DNA of 64,000 nt from Haplodiscus bocki. Its lineage: Eukaryota. Positions within the stretch are counted from its first letter, which is position 1. Each line of letters opens with the position of its first letter. The stretch lies in NCBI GenBank assembly GCA_965655095.1, contig OZ296649.1, forward strand, positions 96,286,001 through 96,350,000, given 5' to 3'. Below, piece after piece: positions 1-10,592 of this stretch. Made by a program: the position numbers and the translations under genes. Below the pieces are notes generated by a model. The model was not told the origin of the DNA. It was given only the letters and a program-made list of their open reading frames with translations, and did not search any database.

Positions 1-2699
1 GTGAAGAAAGGCACCAGCTTCAAAGAAGATTGTGAAAATGATATTGGTAGGCGCTCACCACGACCTGCTCGTTTTCGAGCAACTTTATAGTAGTATATAG
101 TAGTTGTCAGAAACCCGAAGTTGACTTTAATTGAATAAAGCATTAAGATTTCAACTTCTTTTAAACATAGACTTGAAACAGAAACAGGAACAGATTACTT
201 ATATATTGTTCTTTTGCATTGCACTGCAATCATCCGACAGTCATGAAGCCGGGACAACTTGTCACATTGATCGGCTTTGGCCGGAAGATTTTTTGACCTT
301 GAACAACCCAAAAGACATCTCAAATTTGGATTTGGAAAACTGGACTGATTTTTTTTTGCTATCTCCGTGACTGCTGAAAGCCCAATTTCACTAAGCGAAT
401 TGACATGGGGAACTGGAGGTGCCAGCAGTGTTGGAGGACATCACGGTGCAAGCTGCTACAGAGAAAAATTAATAGTTTCATGTTCATATCTGTTGGCCAA
501 GTGGGCGAAAACTGATATGAGGCATATTTCCATCGTAAGAATATCTAAAAATGGACTACTAAAAGTTTTGAGAAACTTTGAACAAGCTTCCATTGTGGAA
601 CGGAACAGATTGGAGTCTGTTCATCTCACGCAAACGGAAAGGAGCCGTTTTACTGAAGCACTTTTGAAGTTCACTAAGTGGACTGGCAGCGAAAAGAGAA
701 TTTAAGGCCCAGTTGAAGTTTTTGATATGCCACGTTTTTCAATTTCAACTTGGATAAATTAGTGAAAAATAGATTACGCTTAGAACCAAAAAAGAAACCA
801 GAAGCTTTAAAGTTTGTCGTCGCTTCTGAAGAGGAGTCTAACGCCCAGCTATTTATAGAAACAGCTCAATCGCAACAAAAATCAAGGTGAATCACGTTTG
901 TTCAAGTATAGGTGGTGGAAAAGTGTGCTTAGACTCCAGAAAGTTGAATCCAATGATGAAATATTTTCAAAAAAGTCCAGCGGTGAAGTCACCAGGCAAA
1001 AAATGTGAAAAAGTAGGGCCATTTGGGGCGATGTTGCGGTCAATTCTCAACCATTTTCCAGACCTCAAATAGCGGTAATATAAACTCACGTGCATTCCAA
1101 CGCGTTAATCGAATTGATGAGGAAGATTCAAGCGTGATTATTATCTCAACGAACGGAAGGATGTAGTTTTGGCTATAGGGAGTGTTGGATAAACACCATT
1201 TACGAGGATTGGAAGTTGAATGGGAGAAAGTTAGAAGCCATGATAGGTCCTGGATCACCAGCTTTAATTCTTACGTTCTTGAACTTTGACGACTATGTCG
1301 ACTTTAATCAAAAGCAATTCGACATTGTCTGGTTTTAATCAGTTGAAGTTTAAATTAGAAGTAAAGAAAATAAAAAAACACGACATTTTGTGGGAAACTC
1401 GGGAAATCGCCCACTGGACAAGACTGGCTGGATGGGACTGAAACATCAAATACACCAAGCAATCAGATTGCAGAAAAAAGATATGTAACTTTTTTTTCAG
1501 AAAAAGATAAGTCAAAACCCAAGCGGTCCAAATGTTTGTGGAGATAGGAAATTTGAAAGCGAGTTGTTCGCGGAATTCAACAGAAGGTGGAAATTAAGGA
1601 ATCCTTCCAATCCGCTGGGTTTCAAAGATGATTTTGCGATAACGCGAGAAGGAAGGCAACGACGGCCTATTGAGCTAGAACAAGCGTTTGAGAACAAACG
1701 TGGAAAACTGTTAAGTGAAGAGAGCATGAAAAAAAATATTAAGCAAGATATTAAGGATGATGAGTTTATCTAACCAGCAGTCTTAGTAGTTTGGACGGAC
1801 ATATGCGTCAAAATAGCTTTAGAGGGCAAGGAATTGAACCATGCCATTTTGAAAACTTTAAATTTGATTCCGAACATGGATAATTTGAGTGAACCAAGAA
1901 CCGAGCTAGTTGACATTGAGCATGATGAGACGTTGTTTCGATCATGATATCCTGTACGCAAATTGGCAAAAGTACTTAGCGCTGGAAACCGTAACCGAGT
2001 GTACTTTTCAAAACAACGGGATGCATTCCACTGGTGCATATAGATGTGTGACCGAATCTAATGGTAACACAGTTATGCCAACTGAAATCCAAAAGGTGTC
2101 CACAGAGTTCTCTTCTCATCCGTACGCACTCTTTGATGAGTTTTGAACGATCAGACACGGGTTGAAGTTGGACAACTTGGAAGTAACCCACAATGTTTGA
2201 AACTGATGTACACAAAAGCATCAAAACATTCCAGCAAATAGTTTAGTTTTATAAGCTTGGGTTGAAAATTGAGTACATCTACTATTATAGCGGCTGAAAA
2301 AGAACTGGAAAATTGGCCGGGAAACGTCACTGGAATGGGGGCAAAGTTATTTTTTTGTAAAGTACACTGAAGACTGTTAGTCAGAAAAAGTAATTTGGAG
2401 ATTTTAACGGAATTGGATAAAGCTAAGGTTCAGAAACTAGAAGCTTCTTTGAGAAAAACATGTTAACATCTTTACTAGGCTCTCAAAAACCTGTTCTCTT
2501 GGAGCAACGCCTATTAATTTCAAGTTTTTTTCTTCAGCAAACTCCTTCCATTAGGACCAACCATTACCGCAGCATGGTGTTACTCAATCCTGCGAGTAAG
2601 CCAAATATTCAGTTCGAACCATGGAACAAAAATTCAGCAATGAACTTTTGTAGAAATGCATTTATCAGACAAACTGAATGAAGAGTTTGCAATAAATTT

Positions 2700-3564
2700 T
2701 TTAGGCGCGTTGAAAACGCTCGTATCTCAAAAAGTTTTTGCTGGTATCAGTTACTTTCAAAAGTAGGAAGGCCAGAGGCACTTTTTGCGCAAAATATTCA
2801 CTGTTTTTGGAAATTTTTTGGAAATTCTCCGAAAACTTGAGCAATTATCTGGTTTCATCTGAATTTTCAAATCGTTTTATCTTGGATTCAAAAACATTAC
2901 TCAAATCCCGCAAAGTTAAGGTTTTTTGCAGGAATTGGTTTTTTAAACAAAGCGTTGCCAATAGGGGCTCGGCGGATGGACAAAAACGTTGAAAAGTGTA
3001 CAAGAACTGCTGAAAAAACACATTAGTTTTAATATTTTGCGCCATTTTCTTTTTCATTTTGCGCCATCAATTTCAGAATATGAAAGCAAAATCTTCTTCT
3101 CAAAGGATGTTTTTTTTACCCCATGTTAGCCAATTGCGTTCACGCCACAACGCCACATCGGCAAGTTTGTTCACGTTTGTGAACGTGAAGGTTTTTCTGA
3201 CCAATTTGTAACAAGTTTGCAATAGAATGCGACTGAAAAAGCAAGGTTTCTCAAAATGATCAAAATATAGGTCTTTTTGAAAAAAAAAACAGATGTTTTT
3301 CGAAAAAAACCTGAAGCTTTTTCAAAATCGTTAAGGGTGGCAAATTTGCTGTAGAATGCGTATCAAATGGTCCAATTTCTTCAAAATGTATTTTCCGCCC
3401 CAATTATGAGGTTTTTCTAGCAAAACTTTGAACGTTGAAAAAATTTGAAACTATGATGAAGAAAGAAAGTTTTTTCGAGAGAAAAACGCCTCCATCTATT
3501 TAAAAGCCTCCTCTACAAAATTTTGAAGGCGTTAAATATGCCGGTGGTAGCCGGCCGTATTGTT
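2700..3564. mobile_element. Non-autonomous dispersed element, Helentron/DINE-1(HINE)-like, copy 1, nested in Gypsy copy A
   Basis: Ends with hairpin GCCGG-TGGTAG-CCGGC (3540-3555) then CGTATTGTT. 3055-3564 matches the reverse complement of 51822-52320, and the 3' part matches 7560-7930. The left boundary is uncertain. Confidence 0.6.
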
Positions 3565-4369
3565 GATGAAATACTTCTGGAAGATAAAAATACGACTCTG
3601 TCGGAGTTTCATTTGGTTTAAAGTCTTGTAGAAGCCTCAATCAGGAAACAGTAACAGGAAGTCAAACAGGATTGAAGCTAACGTCAGATGGACATTGGTT
3701 GAAACACGTCTGTTCTTGGATTTCAAGCAATTAGCCAATTCTTCAGCTGGTATGATTGATCTCTAGCATGACGTTGTCTCAACGATCCTGGACCGGATCG
3801 TTCAACAAGATGTAAAATGCAGGCTCTTTTCAAAAACACACAGCAGAAAGCACTACACGATACGCGTCCGCCCCTACAAATGAGGTCAACTGTGTCCCCT
3901 ACTTCTAAAGTACTATTAAAACGCAAAATCAAATTTTTCAGACACATTTTGCACACACGAACTATCCAATCAAAAGAACCAGCTTGTCGACGGACGCTTG
4001 CAATTGAGATGAAGAATGGCAGCACCTAGGTCCTCAATTGAAAACAAGACGAATTCAGCAGTCGCCGAAACACAAAAACGACCAGAAGAGAATAGTAAAA
4101 AGCGGGAAAGCAGAAGAAAATAACAGTGGAGCAGAAACGAAAAAACCAGGCACTAGAACGAACTGATGACAAGTGGGAGATTTTGAAGTACCTATTGAAA
4201 GTAATGCCTTGCAGAAATCCTGTAAATAGGCAACTGCCAAAAAACAAAAATGTTAGAAAATTGAGCTTCTGCCGGGAAAACTCAACCAAACGTACAGATT
4301 AGGAAACAAAGTTTTGGTTAAACGGTTGCATCTCAAATTACTTACGATGAAATTGGAAAAGAAAGGAGA

Positions 4370-4714
4370 TGTGCGGTCGGGTGCTACAGGGTTTCCAAAC
4401 AAATAAAAACAATGTTGGTCTTGCGCATGAAGATCAGTAACACTTTGATACACTTTTTGAGCTTGCTCTGTTACAAAATCATTCACTGTTCAAAGTCTAA
4501 GCATGTACAACAACCTACTCAAGAGAGACGTTAAGTCAGATTTCACATCCTTTTCAACGAGAAGTGTGGAAACGATATCTTTCAACAACTCACCACGACC
4601 TGCCGCCTATTGATAGACTGACTATATAGCAGTCTGCAGAACTATGCCGTTGCTTTTTGAAAAAAAAACATTGAAGTGAGTGGATGTCCTTCTTTCATAC
4701 TTTGTCCCGATACA
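4370..4714 (+). repeat. 3' LTR of Gypsy copy A (TG...CA), preceded by a polypurine tract
   Basis: PPT GGAAAAGAAAGGAGA (4355-4369) is followed directly by TGT at 4370 and the segment ends ...GATACA at 4714. It is homologous to 1-180 (offset ~4535). Confidence 0.6.
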
Positions 4715-7559
4715 GAAATATAATTGGTTTACATTCGTTTTTATATATCCTATATGAAAAATTACATCCCCGGCGTGAGATTCGATAGATCATCCGTGAA
4801 GAAGAAAACCTTTTTGCTCCAGCAGCCATTGGTTTTTTCTAATGAAAAGAACTAGACTATTTTGTTGGTTTAATTGAGGTCGGACGTCGATTGAACATAA
4901 GTTGTAGCATGTAAGTTCGTTTAGGGGATTTTTAATCTTTAATGTTAAGCTCTTTTTGTGCAATTAGTTGTGGAGGGGTATCTTTTTGCAACTGTTTTAA
5001 CAATCTTTTCAAAATCTTGTAGCTGAAAAATCGGGAGACAGCGAAATACTTTCCTCTGTTAAAACGTCTCATTGATGCACAAAATGTTAGATGGAATAAC
5101 TCTTCAAAAAATAGCTGTCGAAGACATTTTTCAATGGCAGATTAGTTTTTGCCGCACTGCCAAAAAAAGCCAAGAAAATTGACACGCTCAATATTTGTGA
5201 AACGGAATTAAACTCCGTCAAGGTCAAGATTGCCGACTTTGATGAATGAGACCACAAAATTTTGTCAATTTGTTTTTTACGGCAAAGTTGCGTTAAATTA
5301 TCAAAATAAAGTAGCTGAAAAAACTAGTGTTTTGATATGGAGTTTCCTGCTCTTTTCTACATTCAGGCTAACATATTATGATCTCTTTTCCAAGCATATC
5401 TTCAAAAAATTTACAGAGCCCCAAAATCTCTGATTTGCAGTTTTTTTCAGGAAGAATTGCAGGTCAAAGGTGTCAAATTATTTCTGGAAGTCGAAAAAGC
5501 AAACTAGGTCTAATACTATTTGTCAATTCCCCTCGCACAAGCAGGGCAGGCTAGGATTCTATGTGAGTATGAGACGGTCTGAGTCAAAAATTTGAGATTT
5601 GATGGCTTCCACAATGTTTTGGCATACCTTCGTGAAAGAGTTTTCCCGTGTTTGTACTTGAAGAGCTGAGAAGACGTCTAGGTCCACAATTTTGGAGTTT
5701 CAATAATTCCTTTTATATGTAGGGGTAAGAATTTGACAAGATTCAGTTTCAGACACGTGAAGAATTGAACAATTTCATAACAATAACTGACGGTTCCTTC
5801 AACCAAGATAAAACAGCACCTAAAAACTTCATTGGGAATTCTGAGACAACCCAAGGTTTTTTGTTTTTTGTTTTCAAAAAATTGAAATCCTAATTCATTA
5901 GATCTAGCTACGAACTTGGTATTCAGCGACATTGAGGTCTTATCATATATTTCTTGTTCAAAGATTGGTGATAAAAACAAATGTCTTACACACGTAAAAG
6001 ACTCTATCAAAGTTTCAGTTCTCGGTAGTGGTCTCATTCGGTTATTGGTTATTCTTGGGCTTGAGTGTTCAATAGATAGATACTTCTTGCTGTTGCATTG
6101 TTTTGATTTTTGAAATTTGTCTGCTCTTTGGAGGCTTGGAGCAAATTGAGGAAGCTTTTTTCATTTCGTTTTTTTGGCGTTAATAGTGTTGTGTTTTTTG
6201 GTTTTTTTCCTTTTTCTGCAAAAAACACAAAAGTCTCGGAGTTTTCATCGCAAAGGACGCAATTCCTTATTGTGGCTGCCGTAAGTTCTTTTCGTAAAAA
6301 GATCATGAACTGCTTTTTGGCCAGAGAAATGTCAAAAACGTCTCCGCCAACCTGGGTTCTTTATACAAAACTTTTCGCAGTTCCGTAATTATAGTTGTAA
6401 ACTATTTTTCGCTTAAAAAAAGAGACCGTAGATGGCCTGGCAAACTGTTTTGAATTGGTCCCAGATGTCCAAAATGTTGTTTAGGAAACGAATTAATAAC
6501 ATAAAAAATCAACAACAAAAAACTGGCCGGAGTGTTCAAGTCTTCGGCTTGAATTAGCCGAAAATCCCTAAAATTTCGTACCTCGATTACTTTTTCCTAA
6601 TTTGAATTTTTTTCTCGTGAAGATAACACATCATCAAACAATAGCAAATTGAAAACCTTTTATGAGAATTTTTTTTACTAAATAGACGTTATGGTGAAAT
6701 CATTTTTTGAGTCAGAATCGTTTAAATAAACCATGAAAATATCCAGTCCAAAATGTCATTCTCATAGGTCAGGTCTGACTACTAATAGTTGTAAAGACTT
6801 GGACTGTAACGTTACTAATCTATGGGAAACTTCTCACACGGCAAAAAGTTTGCGCCAGTGGATATATCGTCACATAAACAAAATTGTTCAATGTTTTCTC
6901 CAAAACTTTCTGAAAAAAAAATTTTATGACAATTTTTGATTGCATAATCTCCGTACGTACATCTCAGTATAAAGTGGTGTTGAAAATTTTTAAGGCCTGT
7001 TTTTCCAACGGTTGTTGTAGTGGGGAGAAAATTTTCTCACAACCTGGATTAAAATGTTTTTAGTTTTCTGCTTTTTGGTGGATCAAAGCTCGGTTTACGT
7101 TTGGCCGGTGATTAAGTTCGGCAGTATTTATCCTTACGTGCAGTGTTCTTGCAAACGCGTTGCTACTACCTTTTGATATTTTTCAGGTGACGTCTCGCAG
7201 AGGCATTTTGGAAGCGTCTTTTTAGTCAAATGGATTAAAAGATCTATTGCTTGTTAGGGTGTTGAGCGTTCTTTGTTGTCTGAGTTCAGTAAAACTCTTC
7301 CTCGGGGCCGAGATCTTGTGGATCGGGTAACGTTTTTCAATCTTGATGGCAGGATTTCTTTTTTTGCGCACCTCCACTCGATGCATAGGCGCAACTTTCG
7401 ATAAGACTATGTTTTTTCGCCCGTATTCATAATGTGGAAGGAAAATCATCCGCTCAAAACATTGAAATCTGAAATTTTTTAGAGTAAAGTTTGCCAATTG
7501 ATAATGTCCGATTCCGGCTGTTCCGGAAACTTTTTGACCTTAAAAAATTCTTTTCACAT

Positions 7560-7930
7560 TTTTTTTGCAAATTTGCCGTAGAATGCAACTGACATAGTGA
7601 GAGTTTTCTAAATGTTCAAGTTCTGGATTTTTTTGAAAAAATGGTTGCTTTTCTACCGGAAAAACCTAATTTTTCTACAAGATTGCTAAAGGTGCGTGCC
7701 AAATTTGCTGTAAGAAACATAAAGAACGATAGTTTTTCCCGGAAAATGTCTGTTCCACTTTAATTGTGCGGTCTTTTCGTCGAAAAAATAGTAAAATTTT
7801 AATTTCGGAGGACATAGAAAATACGACGGAGAGAAAGAGTATTAAATAAAAAACGCTTTCAGCCTTTTAAAAGGCATTTTAACAAACTTTGAGGGAAGAA
7901 AATATGCCGATTGTAGCCGGTTGTCTTTTT
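7560..7930. mobile_element. Same HINE-like family, truncated diverged copy 2
   Basis: CAAATTTGCCGTAGAATGC...AATATGCCGATTGTAGCCGGTTGTCTT aligns with the 3' part of copy 1 (e.g. CAAATTTGCTGTAGAATGC at 3341-3359 and the terminal hairpin). Confidence 0.6.
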
Positions 7931-8818
7931 TCTAATATTTTCAGTAGCTGTATTTCAATTCTCTTTATGATTTCTCATGATTGTTCTTCGCTCGATGTAA
8001 TGTCCATGTTTTGAGTTCTTCGTTCTTTCAATAGTTTCTATTTTGTTGCAGAAAGTTCTTCCCTTCGATCGTCAACATTCAACTCAGGACGGAGTTTCTG
8101 TCTGCAGATTGTGATTCACAAAAAAAATTGAGGGCGTTTCTTGCTTGGTTGTATTCATTTTTTTTTGTGGAATTTTGGTCTATTGTGCATAGTTTCCATA
8201 AAATGTCATTCAAACTCGATCCTTGCTATGAACCGATCACCTGTTTTCGATTCAATTCCATCTGTTGCGATTGCTTTTCGAGATATTATATGATCGATGC
8301 ACTTCTTGATGTTGATTTAAATCTTGTTGCAACAGAATATTGTATGTGGAAGTCACACGCTTAGAGTACGTTCTCATCGTCCTTTTCATCAATATCACCT
8401 CTCACTAAAACAATTTTGAGTTCGCCAGGACTTGAAATTTCATGTTGCAAAGACATCATAAAATGAAGCATCTGCTCGAACTCAGGTTAATTTGTTGAAC
8501 GTTTGAAAGTTGTGAAACTTTCTGGTCCAGATATAACGCAATTGTTTTGTGTATTTGCTGTTAATTTCACTTCAATGATAGTGAATTCAGTTTCAAATTG
8601 AAAGAGCAGTGGCTTGACAGACAGGTTCCGACACATTGGGCACACCACTTGATTTCTTTTGACATTTATGCTTAGCTTTATACATAGATGTGTTTCGTTT
8701 CTAGCCATCTGAATTTCAATAGTCCGATGGATCATTCTCAATTAACCCAACTTTTATAAAATTTTTATCAGAGGTTTGTCATCATTTGAGTCAGGGAAAA
8801 ATTTTAGTATGTCATAAT

Positions 8819-10566
8819 TGTCGCAGCACGTCTGCGAAGACTGCGGTCAGACGATCCCCTCAGCAAAGGACATCCCAGGTCCATCAAACAGGGATTAGAA
8901 CTGTAGAGACACTCAAACTTACTTACGAACTATAATTTTATCTACTCAAACATTTATAGCATTATGTAGTCATTAATTTATATTCAGGATACGCAGTAGA
9001 TACGTATCCACTTAGTATTCACATGTAATTATGTAGACAATACGTAGTAGTTACGTATCGTCCCATAATACTTATTTCAAGTAAAAAGCACGTATCCGAT
9101 ACCTGTAATTCTGGTGAACTGATCCTTATTGGGACGGAATAGATACGGAGCAAACGAATAAGCACTGTATTTCATATTAATATTAGGTGCTATTTTATAT
9201 AATTAATCTAAATAATTATTACATAAATCCACCTTTATTCTTAATCTGTGCAGTAATTGAGATTGGCAGTTATAACAAGTTTCAATAGCTTAACTGTTAG
9301 AACAGAGCTTGACTTTAAAAGTGAATAATTGTTCCGTATGTGTTCCGCCGTAACTAATCTGGTGACGTCACTAGAATCTCAGCCAATCCACTGTGCTACT
9401 ATGTTGTTTCACTTTGGACGGACACGGAACGTCTACGTAGCCACCAGAATCATTCTCCTCAGTAGCACTGCGGAAAGCAGTACTACAAGCGACTATGTAT
9501 CCGCCACGGAACGCTCCGGCCAAAGTGAGGCCTGAGTTGGTAGAAATGTGGAAAGGGCTAGGATATAAGCCTAGTTTGTTCCAGACAGTGGTTTTAATTG
9601 ATGTAGCATGTAATCATGAGTCTTTTAATATTTCAAACTTTTTTTCCATAATTTGATTAATTTTTTCAGTGGTTTTTATAATTTTTTTTCTGTATGGAAA
9701 TATCTTTGATCTTTCGTTTATGTTTTTATTTATTGTGTCGGCGCGGGAATAACCACTTTGATGTCCATTTCCGACGGATCGGACCCGTACTTTTTCTGTC
9801 GAAAGATGGAAAAGTCGCGGTCCGTGAGGGAAGAAATGGACGGAAATGTGTTTATTTCCCGCCATAGTCGGCATCCTTTTCCTTTGATAAATAATATGAT
9901 TAAAGTACTTTTCCCTATTTGTACCTTGATCTGGCGTGCAAACAATTATGTTTCCCGCCAAGGAAAGTTATAAATAGGAGAAAAAAAGTACAATCATTAT
10001 TATATAAATTTCAGCCTTTGAGTATTGTATCTCTCTTTAAAAAATCACTTTTGACTGTTTGAACCGTTGAAACTCCCTCAGATTTAGAGGAGACTATTTC
10101 TTAATACAAAAACAGAATAAATTCAGTCTTCACCATTGACAAGATTTTCCCTCAAGAAGTATGGCAATATTAAGAAACAAGAGAAAATTAGCAGGAGTGT
10201 CGAGAGAAACGCCCGAAGGGAGTAGAAGCATTAGAACACAGAACGTACTTGACCCTGAACTAACTCAAGATTACATCTCCCAGGTCTCCGAGGAGGTCGA
10301 GGGGAGAGTAACCAAGAAACTCTCTAAGGAATTTAGCAAAACAGAGTCACGTATCTTGGGTGCCTTGTCGAAACTTGCCGAGTTTCTTCTGAACCCACAA
10401 GTTCGGACTTGTTCCGTGGCTGTTCCAGGAACATCCAGAAACACTAACTGGGAAAACCGGGAGACCACTGGGGATCGCTCCTCAGACGATCCCTACCCCG
10501 AAGTGGGGTTTTTTCCTCATCACTCTGGCCAACTCAATAGCCCAGGGACAGAAACCAACCCTCACA
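8819..10566 (+). mobile_element. Solo LTR (~1.75 kb, TG...CA) containing the 5' part of an element ORF
   Basis: Starts TGTCGCAGC and ends CCTCACA. Flanked by ATAAT / ATAAA (5-bp TSD, one mismatch). Collinear with the reverse complement of 48713-50358. Confidence 0.8.
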
Positions 10567-10592
10567 ATAAATTGAATCCCATTTATTTTTGA
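10161..10592 (+). CDS. LTR-encoded ORF (probable N-terminus of the element's gag-like ORF); runs past the LTR end into flanking DNA
   Basis: 143-aa ORF MAILRNKRKLAGVSRETPE...LLNPQVRTCSVAV. The homologous peptide MATLRNKRKLASVSRETPE...LLNPQVRTCSVAV lies on the minus strand from 48969. The last ~8 codons (NKLNPIYF) are outside the LTR. The gag assignment is inferred from position only. Confidence 0.55.
   Translation: MAILRNKRKLAGVSRETPEGSRSIRTQNVLDPELTQDYISQVSEEVEGRVTKKLSKEFSKTESRILGALSKLAEFLLNPQVRTCSVAVPGTSRNTNWENRETTGDRSSDDPYPEVGFFPHHSGQLNSPGTETNPHNKLNPIYF

Larger units (their letters stand above)
1..4714 (+). mobile_element. Decayed Ty3/Gypsy-type LTR retrotransposon, copy A (5' LTR cut by window edge; internally deleted; nested insertion at ~2700-3564)
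   Basis: Degenerate motifs occur in Gypsy order. CCHC-like knuckle SPAVKSPGKKCEKVGPFGAMLRS (~975-1040). Protease-site-like KLNGRKLEAMIGPGSPA (~1213-1265). RT N-terminus GFKDDFAITREGRQRRPIELEQ...IKDDEFI*PAVLVV...VKIAL...IPNMDNL (1618-1890). RT core DILYANWQ...TGAYRCVTESNGNTVMPTEIQK...YALFDE (ORF 1910-2146; YxDD degenerate). Diverged LTR pair shares CTCACCACGACCTGC at 54-68 and 4589-4603. Confidence 0.8.

Noticed and set aside
5530-5568. GTGAGT donor after KQGRLGFY as the upstream COQ4 exon
   Set aside because: That frame ends in phase 0 while the COQ4 acceptor needs phase 2, and the phase-2 frame has a TAG just upstream.
7930-8818. Coding-like minus-strand relic on both sides of the solo LTR (also 10567-10950)
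   Set aside because: Possibly an older TE, but I could not assign any diagnostic motif.
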